A stretch of DNA of 64,000 nt. Source: Isurus oxyrinchus. Its lineage: Eukaryota. The stretch spans positions 930,001 through 994,000 of the forward strand of contig JANJGN010000036.1 of NCBI GenBank assembly GCA_026770705.1, read 5' to 3'. Both the position numbers and the translations under genes were made by a program. The notes beneath the pieces are model-generated. The model was not told the origin of the DNA. It saw only the letters and a list, made by a program, of their open reading frames with translations, and searched no databases. Below, in pieces: positions 48,338 through 60,814 of the stretch. Position 1 is the stretch's first letter; each line of letters opens with the position of its first letter.

Positions 48338-51300
48338 TCATCTGCGGCCTGTCTTCTTTTTTAATCTTTTGTCCATGGCAGCCAAGTCCAGGGAGGCGTG
48401 GAGAGGGCCGTCTTGAGTCTGGGAAACATGTTACACATTAACACCAGAAAGCAGTTAAAAGACAGGTCAGATTACCCACTCCCACAATTGCATTTCATGG
48501 AACCATAGAATGATTTAACACCGATGAAGGACATTCGGCCTATTGTGCCAGCTCTTTGAAAGAGTTATGCAATTACCCCACTTGTACCTTTACCTGTCTC
48601 CATATCACTGTCATTATTTTCCGTTTCCACTATTTTCTAATTCCTTCTTGAATGGCCCCATTGAATCTGCTTCTATTTCCTTCTAGATCAATTTGAGGGG
48701 ATTTTTTTGCTTTATTTGTACGTGTAAGAATTGTCTGACTTACTGTTTTGTAACAGCGAAGCAGAATTAGGAAATCTGTTTAATGGCGTTTGAGGTATAA
48801 AATAGGAAACGCCCTCCATCCCCACCCACATCACCCATCTACTTGTAATAGTGGCGATATCAACACATATGCCAAGCTGAAAGGGTAGACAGGGCCTCGG
48901 TTTAACGGTTGATGTGAAAAATGCACCTCAGACAATGCAGCACTCGCTTTGGGGATTCAGTCTAGACTTTATGCTCTGGACACACACACTCACACACACA
49001 CCCACACAAACACACACTGGCACAAATACTTTCGAACCAAACTGAATCATTCTTCGTCCACTTACACAAATTCAATTATCTGTAAAACTCCCTGACTTTG
49101 GTATTATCTACATTTTAATTCCATTGGCTAATGTATCTATAAATTGGTTTGGTCGGGAGAAGGAGAAAGGTGGGAAATTTGCGGGTGGGGGATGAGTCCC
49201 AGTGTGGAGATAAAAGAAAATAGCATAACGCTAAAATGGAAACTGCTGCGAATCGTCCGCTAAGTCTGGCGGAGCCATTAATCCTGGAACATTACACTAT
49301 CCTTTGTCGTGTCAGCTGGGGAGAGGGACTGTGGGGAATTTTCTGATTTTAGTTAGAAGGAAGAATGGGATTTGATACAAATTCAGATGCTCTACACCGT
49401 GCCCTGATCTCTGATAACAGCGAGATATATATAGCATTGGAACCATGGCAGCTTATCCCAAAAAGGATTTTTTTGTATATTCACAAAACTCACCTGTGTT
49501 GCATACTGATGTGTCCGCTTTGCCTCTGCTTGACGGTGGTCATCTGCGTTATTAAAAGCCAAGATATAAATTGAAACGTTATCCCAGTCTGGTAAATATA
49601 TAATTGAATACAGATACACTGTTCACCAATGATCCACCAATTTTCCAATGGCCCCAATACACCAATCGGCCCCATATGTCACTGGGAGCCCATTCCGTGC
49701 AATATCCCCCAAAGCAAGAAAAGTGTCTCAATACTGCAGTGAGGTGAATTTCGCCAATGGATGAACAAGTACTATCTGCCCCGGTGCATGGCGTCTATTG
49801 TCCGTCTGGCATATTACTGCCATTATTAATAACCAGTAATTGGAATTTCACATGGTTCTCAGGGATAGAGTGATTGTAGAACATTTTCATGGCAGGAAAT
49901 GATCTTATGCATCTTCCAATTCCGCCCACTTGAATTTTAATTGTTGCCAACATTTTAATGCAACTTACCCGTTTGTCACTCATTCTGGACCTGTCTTTGC
50001 CTTCTCTCTCTCAAGCTAAAACTGGATTCGAACAAAAATATCAAACACATGTTATGTCCTTTAAATCCTGGCTCAGGTGCCAGTAATACTTGAGAAGAGA
50101 ATTGTAGAGTGGTCTTAGAATCAACATTAAAAATCATGGGAAATGTTAGCATATATCATTGGAATCAGTGTTGGAGCTGAGCCGGGTTAGAGACAGTGTT
50201 TAATATAGAGATGGTGTTCGGAATGAACATTCAAAATGCTTCAGTTACTCAATTTTCATTTTGGGATCTCTTGTCTTGTTCTTTTGAAAGCAGAAAATGT
50301 AATCAGCAATTTTCAAGTACAAGAAGGAAATCAGATAAGGAATTTTTTTTTTCAAATATCACCAGTAAATATTAATCCTTACCTAATCTGCTGCTTTTAT
50401 AAATGCAAATGGAAATAAGGACCAAGAGTAGAACCAGTATCACCAGCATACGTATGACAACAGGAAGGGCCAGATTGCACCATCCTACAGAGATAAAACA
50501 CTTAGAAACTTCTGCTCGGTTAAATCATCCTTTTCTGGGATTCTTTGATGGAAAACATGACCGGACAGGAAGCCCAGAATCAGTCCATTCGGACGATCGT
50601 GCCAGTATAGGATCTTTGAAATGTGTATCTAATTATTCCTAGTCTTCCTGTTCTTCCCATGAAATTTCCATCCACAGCCCTGTCAGGCAGTGCCTTCCAG
50701 GTCAGAGCAACTCGCTGTGTAATAAAACAAATGTTATCATGCCCTACTCCGGATCATTTACTGATTATCTTCAATCTGTGTCCCTCTCATCACCGACACC
50801 CTGGCCAGCAGAAAATTTTGTCCTTATGTACGACATCGAGACCCCGAATGATTTTGAGCGCCTACATTAAATCTCCCCCTTAAACCATCTATTCTCTAAG
50901 GAGAACAATCCTAGCTTCTGCAGTCTCTCGTCATTAACTAATGTCCCTGATCACTGGTGCTATTATGCCAAATCTCATGTCCCCATATTATTCCCCACCT
51001 ACCCGCCCCCCAACACCACAAGGCACCCTTGGCTGTTTCCTGCTTGTAATAGGCATTCGGTGTAGAAGTGACCTCAAATCCATTCCAAGATTCAATGCCT
51101 GAAAAGGGAGGTGGAAGTACGTTCAACAAAACTTTCAGAACGGAAATCATATTCTATTTTGAAGGAAAAAAACGTGATATTCCTATGGGGAAAGGGTGGA
51201 TCCAATGGGATAACTCTTACAAAGATGTAGCACTGGCGAGATGGGTCGAAATCCCTCTTTTTGCATCTAATGTTCTAGGATTCTACGATGTGATGGAGAA

Positions 51301-52664
51301 ATATAAGACAAATCCAGGAATTGTTTACAAGGACAAGTCTACATCTGGGTCTAATGTAATCGTAAATTATTTTAACAGNNNNNNNNNNNNNNNNNNNNNN
51401 NNNNNNNNNNNNNNNNNNNNNNNNNNNNNNNNNNNNNNNNNNNNNNNNNNNNNNNNNNNNNNNNNNNNNNNNNNNNNNNNNNNNNNNNNNNNNNNNNNNN
51501 NNNNNNNNNNNNNNNNNNATGAATTACTCCAAATTACTTCAAAGTCGAATAAAAGCCAGCATTGTACAGAGAAGCAAATCACCTGTCCCTTTCTGTGCTG
51601 CATCGGGAATCGACACGCTCTTTGTCCAATATTTGCCTGTAGACCCCAGTTGAACAATACAGTTACAGAGACCGCCGCGGTTCCAGGTTTCCCTCGGCAC
51701 CAAGACGTGACTTCTGATGCTGTAGGTCCCGTCCGCCTCCATTCTACCACGATCGACTGATCCCTCGCTGAACAGGCCGGAAATATTCCAGGAAATAGCA
51801 ATCTGGTTGTAAGAAACTCCACTGACCAAACACACTAAGGGGACAGTTTCATTGAAATGCAGCTCACCCCGCGGGACAAACACCAGCACAGCCGTCTTGT
51901 TGGTGGAACTGTCTGGGCAGAGATTGGGACACAGTTAACGATTGATTTGCACCAAATAATAATGCTGTGCATGATCTCAATTCATTTCACTTGCTCTCTT
52001 ACCTGCAACCAATAGTGTCGGTCCATTCTGGAGCCCTGCATAGCCACCTGTACGAGCACAGTAGTAGGATCCCGAGTCATTCACCTGGACATCGCGAATT
52101 TCTAGAATCAACAGATTTTCGCTGCTGCCTTTTTTGGAAATAAACTTACAATTGTCCCCCTGACAGGGCTGAATGTCGATTTGTTTCGGGGCTTCACCCA
52201 GACGTTGTTTGCACCAGATAACGCTCGACAGGAATGTCACATTGGCAAAGTATTGACAGGTTAATTCCACCGTCTCTCCAACTTCAGCTGTCATTATGAA
52301 GGGACTCTGAGGCAGAGAGGGCGTGGATTCTGTAACTAGAGAGGTTATTCTTTCATCATTACTGGTTATTGAGAGATAAGAAGCAATCATTTCGAAAGAC
52401 ATCGAATGTAATTTAAGTAGAATCACAACATTGACCTCAATCAGTCTTAATTCTCCAATATATCTTTTTCGACTTATAGGAGGAAACTGTAAATAAGTTC
52501 AAATGATGAAGTCAAAACCCTTCACCTGGTTACTGGGTCGCATTTTCAGCTAAGTAGAGTCTGATTGTGTTTGATTTCAATTGAAAATTATCACCCGCCA
52601 TGCACTCACCGTAAATCCGCAGCACTTGGAAAATTAGAATCAGCGGCAAAAATCCCTTGGCCAT
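48338..52664 (-). CDS. Non-rearranging antigen-receptor-like VJ-C1-TM gene, type-1 chain (gene B); best-preserved copy, possibly functional
   Basis: Hand-spliced exons, all GT-AG and phase-compatible. Leader 52664-52610 (MAKGFLPLILIFQVLRIY, phase 1). VJ 52329-52003 (327 nt; VELTC, VIWCKQ, DSGSYYC, J-like LQNGPTLLVA). C1 51912-51583 (330 nt; VPLVCLVSG, ISWNIS, DGTYSIRSHV, TWNRGGLCNC). TM 50484-50383 (102 nt; GWCNLALPVVIRMLVILVLLLVLISICIYKSSRL). Tail exon candidates 50015-49969 (47 nt, TGA at codon 2), 49543-49494 (50 nt) and terminal 48418-48338. AATAAA at 48263-48258. Either 272 aa (stop in the 47-nt exon) or 314 aa (skipping it). A 24-nt mini-exon with an in-frame TAA near 52526-52549 must be skipped. 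Confidence 0.8.
50383..50484 (-). CDS. Transmembrane exon of gene B with juxtamembrane Cys and intramembrane Arg
   Basis: Acceptor tctctgtag, donor gtaagg, 102 nt, phase 1-1; translates GWCNLALPVVIRMLVILVLLLVLISICIYKSSRL. Confidence 0.85.
51379..51518. other. Assembly gap within the C1-TM intron of gene B
   Basis: Run of N. Confidence 1.
51583..51912 (-). CDS. Ig C1-set exon of gene B
   Basis: Overlaps ORF 51539..51889. LVCLVSG, W, DGTYS and C form a C1 signature; acceptor gcccag, donor gtgatt; 330 nt, phase 1-1. Confidence 0.9.
52003..52329 (-). CDS. VJ-type Ig V-set exon of gene B (germline-joined, no RSS)
   Basis: Lies within ORF 51977..52426. Canonical Cys-Trp-Cys, DSGSYYC and the G-strand are in one exon; acceptor ttacag, donor gtaaga; no heptamer/nonamer seen. 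Confidence 0.9.
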
Positions 52665-52727
52665 GTTGACGCAGCGATTTCTCCCTGTTTTCGCTCTCAC
52701 CAGTTTGTTTCTGCAGGTGGAGTGGTG

Positions 52728-52922
52728 GCAGGCTGACCTGAGCTCAGTCCCAGTCAGTTGCTCCCCTTTCAGTTGCAGTGGAAGCTATGATGAGCTATGC
52801 TGTGAAAAGTATGATACTATTTTGAGTGCGCTGTCCTGGTGAATGTCACATGCGTTTGACTTTCTGTGGCCACCGTCTGTGCGTCACAGCGGTCAAGTGG
52901 CAGAGTGTTTACAAAGAACTTT
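52728..52922. promoter_or_regulatory. Conserved upstream block of type-1 genes (also 30895-31100 and 60878-61075); candidate promoter, possibly bidirectional
   Basis: gctgacctgag.tcagtcccagtcagttgctccccttt and cagcggtcaagtggcaga are nearly invariant between diverged paralogs, ~65-260 bp upstream of the start codon; contains E-boxes cagttg, cacatg/cacgtg, caagtg. Confidence 0.55.
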
Positions 52923-55900
52923 ACTGGGTTGTTTGTTGCGGGGAAGGGAGGCGGGTAGGGCGTGGGTCATAGAATACTAATTGTATTGAGAGATGCTGAA
53001 TATTGTAGTTAAAGGTTAATGAATCCTGGGCATGTCAGAGCCGTTGGCAAGACAAGCATATATTAACCATCCCTAATGGACTCTTGAGGTGGTGGTGATG
53101 ATCGGCTTCCCGAATTGGTGAAGTCCATGTGGTATAGGTACATCCACCGTGCTTTTTGGTAGGGAGCTCCAAGAGTTTTGAAACAGTGACAGTGACGGGA
53201 TAGCGGTTCTTTTCAAGCCAGGATGGTAAGTGGTTTGCAGGGCAACTTGCAGTTGGTCGTGTTTCCATGTATGTGCTGCCGTTGTACTTGACGTTTGGAG
53301 AGGTCGCAGGTTTGGAAGGCGAATGCCAGGAATTCAGAGTGTTATGTCATGGTGCTCAATATAACCTGTTCTTTAAACAGTTTGTACAATATTCATGATA
53401 ATACCTGGTTAAGAGAGAGAGTGGAAAATATTGGGTAAAATGTATAGGGATGGATTTGAATTTTAATTACGAATGTCTCATTCTCTTTCATAAATTACGC
53501 AGAACAAGCACAGTCACTCACTGCTCTTACAGAGAATGTAAATGAACGAATCTCTTTCGAATTCAGTCCACTCCTTACAGTTTCCGTGCATCGTCCTCCT
53601 TTCTGTTAAGTCTCATTGAGTAGGGTTTCGAGTGACTTATTCTACAATATAAAACGCCATTGGTGATTGACCTGAATTCAGTGTTCTGATTTCATTGCAG
53701 TATGCTATTTAACAATCATTTGATTGATTGACCCCATGAAGTGAGTTTCAAACAATAATTCATGTTGCACTTTGTATTGTGCTCTAAGCGTGTTTACAGA
53801 AGTTCAACGGAACATTCACAGCACAGTTAGCACTTTGAAATAGCTGTCAAGCTCCTTTGATGTTACAATTTACAGTTACATATAATTGGCAGCACAGAAA
53901 AAGGTCATTCGAATGGACTGCTCATGCCCGTGTTTATGCTCCGCACGAGACTCCTCCCACCCCTCTTCATCACAGCCCAACAGCATATCCTTCTATTCAT
54001 TTCTCCCTCATGTTTTATCCAGCTTCCCAATTAAATGCAATTCTGCAATCGACTCAACTACACCCTGCGGGAATGGAATCCGCATTCTCCCCAAAGCCCG
54101 GGTAAAGAAATTGCTCCTGAATTCCAGGCTGGATTTATCTCATATTAATGACCCCATTACAGAGGACCATAGGAACACAGGGCTAGGCCATTCGGCCCTT
54201 CGAGGCTTCTCCACCATTCGATAAAATCATGTCCGATCTGGTAGTGTTCTCGACTCTCCTTCCCTGTCAGCCACAAATAGGCCTTGAGTCCCTTGCTGTA
54301 CAAAAATCTGTGTTATGCAGCCTTGAATAAATTCAAAGTCCCAGCCATGACTACTTTCTGGGGAACAAATTTCCAGGCACCAACGACGCTTTGGGTGAAA
54401 AAAATCTTTTTAGCTCTGCCTTAAAATGGAGACCTTTATTTTTGATCCAGGCCACGAGTTTTGTCCAGAACAGGAAACATCCTTCGGTATCCGACCTATC
54501 AGGACCCCTCGGGAACTTAAATGTTCAAATAAGATCACCTTTCATTTCTTTAAACCCCAATTAGCATTCCTGGATTCTCCAGAATTCGCGATTGGATTTA
54601 TTGATGAACAATATTGTGGAAATGGTGCGAAGTCGATTCACCTTCCTTAAGTCTGCCTAAATAAAGTATTTTATAATTTTAAAGATGACGACCAGGTCAC
54701 CTATGAATCTTCCCCTTTTTTAAGAAAATAGCCCCAGCCGGTTCATTCTTTCTTAATAGTTATAAACTCTCAGTTCTGATATCATCCTTGTGAAATATTT
54801 ACTGTACCATTTCCAGTATTTCTGTAACCTTTCTACAGAATGCAGAACCGTGTTCTGTACTCCGACCGTGGTCTAACTGATGCGCATATATACCAGGTGT
54901 ATTTTACAAAACAGATGATGAGTGTGTGACAGCAGTTCGACCAGTAATAAACAGGAAAACCACAGAGAGCTGTCTACTTCGGCAACATTTTCCAACCCCT
55001 ATGGTGTATCTATGAATAGGCACAGAATGCCATTAAGTCTGCATATTTCACACCTCCTTCACACCGAGCGAATAAGAACGAGTTCTCAGTGAGGTTGGTT
55101 ATTATGTACCTTAACTATTCCACTTTGAAAACCCGATATTGCTTATTTCACGTGTTCTTTGCTCATACCTGGGCCTGATGCCCTGTAAAATCTTGGAAAT
55201 TGGCGCAGTTGGGCAAGTTCAACGTGGATATTTGTTCACCACTTTCCAAAACTACTTAAAAATAGATAAATTACCTTTTCAGTTGCACAGATGTTAAAGC
55301 ATTGCAGACAATTTCCTTTTGCCCTTTTTGCATTCGTCCAGAACTTGACCTATTGCCGTTTGATTTCACATTGGGCAAGAATTACACGAATGGAGGCAGT
55401 TTTCCTGTACAGTTTTATGCATATTGTTTAATTGTCTTTGCACTTTACCCGGCCCCATTTCCAGTTTATAGTGGAATATTCCTTTACATATCTCTCGAGT
55501 TTCCTGAGGATTATATTCTATAATTTATTGTCAGTATTATGCGTCCACCGTAAAGAATAGCAATATAATAGTAAACAAAATAATAGCAAAACGACATCAA
55601 TTTGGTGCGGATGGCAGAAATTTGAAATGAAAACAAAGAGGGCTGGGAACCCTCAGCTGGCCCAGCAGCACTTGGGGAGAGAGAAACAGAGTTAACGTTT
55701 AGAGTCGAATATAACTTCTTTCGAAATAAAGGAAAGTAGCAATGTGCTAGGATTTGTGCCTTTGAAAGGGAGAGCAGCGGGAAGGACAGAAGATGGACTT
55801 CCGGGATAAGGTAGAGGGTGGGACAATAATAGAAGACAAATCTGTCAGGGAACAAAAGGCAAAAGGAGCAGTAATTGTCGATATCTCTTGTTGGAGATGG

Positions 55901-58109
55901 TGATGTTCGGGCACTTATGTGGTGGAAATGATAGTTACAAATTATTCGCCAAAGGCTAACCATTGTGCAGGTCTTGCTGATTATAGACACGGACTGGTTT
56001 AGTGTCCGAATGGTGCCAAAGATTGTGCAATCATCAGGAAATATCCTCACTGCAGACATTCTGATGGAGGACCGTCCATTTTTGAAACTGAATGAGTCGA
56101 AACTTCCTTGCATTAAATGCTTCAAATAATGTGGTCCTTGTTTTCGGTCCCGCTCCAAACTCTGTTCTCTTTCTGCCAATTAGTACTGGCCACACTCTGT
56201 TGGCATTTTTGGAGTAACATTTGATTTTGGGGATGCAAACCCAACTCTGAGGCAGCCTGTTCCTACTTGTGTAACATTGCTTGACTTGTATCTTAGCTAT
56301 ACAACCGGAACAATTAGTGACATCATTATTTTTAAACTGTCATCCAGATACTGGCCCTGCAACTAACCATAAAGACCTGCCAACAAACTCTTTTCTACTG
56401 TTACTACACATTCAGTTACATCACTACCTCCACTATAACTATCCATCTACGTATATTACCGAGCTCAATTGAGGTGTAAGTGTCCAGACAGATTTTTCTG
56501 TGAGGTCACTTGGACTGTAATTAGCAATACAATTAATGTGCTGACCAGAATTCTACGGCAATATTGGATCCAGAAAAATCCACGAGCATACTTGCAATTT
56601 TATCCCAAATTAAGATGTATCGTGAAACCAACTTTTACTAAGATTATCCTTGGAGATATATCGCTGTCACGACTACAATTGTGTCCAAACATCCGGATGT
56701 GTCAGTGAATTCTCTTGTAACAAGATGCCCAGAAGAGATATTGTTCTGACTTGGATTGGGACCACAAACACAGATATACTAGCAACCTCTATTTAATTGT
56801 ACATACTCATCCAGGCATTTTCTCGATGACATTTGTTCTATAATTACCCATTCAGACTCATCGCTGATTGCAACTGTATAATCACTACATGTCCAGTTAC
56901 ACCAGTGAAGTCATTGTCCTGTAACAAACAGTCAGAGATAACACTAGACACGGAAGTACCAATCCACTTTTCTCACTGATATCTCGAAAATAAAATTAAC
57001 ACACAGAAATATGAGTGAACGTTTTTGCAGATTATCTCTGCACCTCGGGCCAGGTTTGTCTGTCTGCCTGCCTGTCTGCCTATTTCTCTGCCTGTCAATC
57101 AATCTATCTATTTATTTATCTATCTATTTATCTAACTATCTATCAATCTATCTATCAATCCATCTATCAAACTATCTATCAATCTATCTATCAATCTATC
57201 TATCAACACATCTATCAATCTATCTATCAATCTATCTGTCAATCTATCTATCAATTTATTTATCAATCTATCAATCTATCTAATTATCAATCTATATAGC
57301 TATCTATCCACCTCCCTGTCTGTCTATCTATATATCTGCATTTCTAGTTATTCCCAGAATCTTAAAATAACATATTTCAGCGAGAAAGCAGCTGTTATGT
57401 TTCTGCCTATCATTTTCATTCTGCTCTGGTCGTTTTAAAAATCCCATTTAGTTTGTATATGACCCTGGAAAGATAATTGCTATTGTGCTGATGCTAAGTA
57501 TTATAAAGGGATACTGTATCGAACCAGGATGCTTCGGATTTGACTGGTTTGATAGGATTTTAAGCCAATTGTTACCATTTGCTTTAATTCTGTATTTCAG
57601 CACACTGATGGCCAGATACATTTCATTTGCCAGTCGAGTTCATAAGGGTCTGAAGGGTAAGAGCATGGGAAAAAAAAGTCACATTGACACAAAGATGAAG
57701 ACAGTAGGTTGTCTGAGATTTTGCCCTTTTCCACATGCGCCAGCATCATGCCTCTCTGTTTGACACATATTATCGATTTCCTAGATTGTGTCATTCAATA
57801 TCAAAACCTAATAGTTGCTATGAATCTTGATATATCTTTCGAAATGTTGATACATTTTAGTTGATATACGTTCCTGCAAAAACATGTTTTATTCCTGGGC
57901 GACTCAGTCTAAGTTCAAAAGTATGGTGAAAGATCTGGTTGCATCGATTATTCAATTAATTAATAAATGAAACAAGCGAAATCAGCCCGGATGCGGGTCA
58001 TAGTGTTTCCAGTCCATCAGTGCACTAATTACAGTAGGCTTGTATAACCAACAGGGCACCAAGTACAGTTCGAGATCTGAAAATAATTTACTGGTGCCCA
58101 TACTTGCCG

Positions 58110-58154
<45 letters not shown>

Positions 58155-58930
58155 ATATATATATTTCCATTAACAGACTGCTATGTGGTACACAAGTTTT
58201 TCACTGGACAACACAAAGGGCTTTTTGCGGGTACTGGATGGAGGGTACAACAAAAGGGCGCATTTTCAGCATATAATTTAAGACTAGAATGAGGAGACAT
58301 TTCTGCACTCAAACAATTCAGGAGCCTTGGAATTTTCTAGCCCAGAGGGTAATTACAATCTTCGTCATTGAATTTGCTTAAGGTTGACATAGAGAGATAT
58401 ATGGACTCTTAGGGAATTAATGGATCTGGAGAGCAAGCGGGGAAGTGTGGTTGATGCCCAAGATTAGCCATGAGCATTTTGAATAGCCGAACAGGCTCGT
58501 CAGGCCATAAGGGTTTGTCATGCTCCTATTTGTAAGTTCAAATGATAGAGTCTGGAGTGCGGGCGAGGAGGCACTTCTTCCCTCCACGCAAGGGTGGACA
58601 CCCCTGTGACGTCAACTTGGTGAATGCCCAGATGGGCAGGGTTGAGGCAATTCCTGGTCCTCGTGTTATCTGTCATTGCAAAAGATTTTCTCTGTACAAG
58701 CTGTGTCTTTCTCACACCGTTAAATATTCTTTACTCAATCCACTGCTTTAAAAAAGCTACCTACGCCTTCTTGTCTTCTTATCTACCTCTATATAACCAT
58801 ATTCCATTTCCTCCAGAAATATCCTTTCATCTCCCAAATCCCTTCCCATCGTTCGTGAGAGAGAGAGAGATGGGAAAGATTAAGAGAGGCGGAGAGGGAG
58901 AGCGAGAGAGAGAGAGAGATGGCAAGAAAT

Positions 58931-60814
58931 GAGCAGGCCAGAAGTAGTCGGAAGATCAACAATATATTTTGAAGAAATTCCAATGACCAAGCACACTAAG
59001 GGGACGGTTTCCCTCAAATACAACTCACCCGGCGTGGCAAACACCAGCACAGCCGTCTTGTTTTGTGGGACTGTCTGGACAGATATCGGGAGACAGTGAA
59101 TTTACAAAAAACGATAATTCTGTGCACAATCTGAATTCATTTCACTTGCTCTTTTATTTCCAATCAGTAGTGTGGATCCATTCCTGAGCTGTGCATGAGC
59201 ATCTCTACAAGCGCAGAAGCAGGAACTCGAGTCATTCACCAGAAAATTGCGAATTTACTTTGCTTTATTTATTCATTCACGGGATGTGGGCTTCGGAGGC
59301 TGGGCTAGCATTTATTGCCCACTCCTTGTTGCCCTTGAGAAGGTTGTAGTGAGACTGCCTTCTTGAGCCGTTGTAGTCCATGTACTGTAGGTATACCCAC
59401 ATTGTTGTTAGGGACGGATTCCCAAGAGTTTGACCTAGCGATAATGCTGCAACTGCGATATATTTCCAAGTCTGGATGGTGAGTGATTTGGGTGGGGTTG
59501 GGGTGGGGGTTGGCTGGCGGGGAACTTCCAGGTGATGGTGTTCCCATGTGTCTGCTGCCTTTGTACTGCTAGTTGGTGGCAGTCGTGGGTTTGGAATGTT
59601 TTGTGCAAGGAACCTCGCTGAATTCCTGCAGTGCATGTTTAGATAGTGCACACTGCTGCTACTGTGCGTCAGCCGAGGAGAAAGTGATGTTTGTGGACGG
59701 GGTGCCAATTACACGGGGCTGCTTTGTCCTGGACAGTGTCGAACTTTTGAGAGTTATTGGAGCTGCACTAATCCAGGCAAGTGGACAGTATTCCATCACA
59801 CTCCTGACTTGGGTGTGGACAGGCTTTCGTGAGTCAGGAGGTGAGTTACATGATCCCTAGCATCTGACCCGCTGTTCTAGTCACAGTATTTAGCAATGGC
59901 AGTATGAAGACATATTTGCAGTTGCCGTTTTTGGAAATGAACTTAAAATCGAACCCTTGGCGGGGAGGGATATTGATTAGCATCCACAAGTTGTTTGTAT
60001 CAGAAATAGCTGGACACCAAATCCACTTTGTAATGGTAGCGTAGGTTTATTGCACCGTGCCTCTGAATTCAGCTGTCATTATAAGGGAGCGGCGGAAGCA
60101 TTAGTGATTGTGTTGTCACAGGGCTGGTTGTCACTGGAACTCACTGTGACTGGGAACGATTTCGAATCCCACCACGATAGATGGTGGAATTTAAATTCAA
60201 TAAAAATCTGAAATTAAGTGTAATGATGACCGTGAAGCCATTGTCGTTTGCTGTAATAAAAAAAAGTGGTTCCCGAATGACTTTTAGGGAAGTAAATCCG
60301 CTTTCCTTACCTGGTATGGCCTACATTTGACACCAGATTTGCTATAATGTCTTTGACGCTTAAATGCCTTCTGAAGAAGGGCAATGGGCAATAAATGATG
60401 GCCTAGCAAGCGACGTCCATATCTAGTGAACGAATTAAAAAAAAAACTGAGACAGAGAGGGCTCGGATTCTGCAACGAGAGGGATTATTGTCAAAGCACC
60501 ATTGATGATTGAGAAACAGGAAGCAATCGCTTTTAAAGACTTCACCTGCAATTTAAGAACTAATTCAATATTGTCCTTAATTATTCTTGGTTGTTTATTG
60601 CCAATGTGCTCTTTCTTCGCTTTATAGGAGGAACATGAAAATAAACTCACGTGATCTGAGTAAATTGCTTCACCTGACCACTGGGTCATATTTTCAGCAA
60701 ATTAAACACGGACCTTCCCTGATAAAACAGTTTAACATTGCCGCCCGCCTCTTACTCACCAGAAACCTGCAGCACCTGAAAATTAAGTATCAGAAACAAA
60801 GGTGCCTTTGATAT
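58931..60814 (-). pseudogene. Type-1 VJ-C1 receptor pseudogene (copy C, duplicate of copy A)
   Basis: Same lesions as copy A: ATA start (leader 60814-60760), SINE and CR1 insertions in V, lost V donor, truncated C1. The mini-exon acceptor is also lost. Confidence 0.85.

Noticed and set aside
51068-51822. Long ORFs crossing the N gap (also 47269-47793)
   Set aside because: Length is inflated by Ns.
55511-56179. 222-aa minus ORF as an intact gene
   Set aside because: It reads through a CR1 fragment and a SINE, and the duplicate at 25.6-26.3 kb is broken.
57011-57299. Repetitive SIYL/SIYQ ORFs and array-like appearance
   Set aside because: Tetranucleotide microsatellite with no unique spacers; not CRISPR-like or coding.
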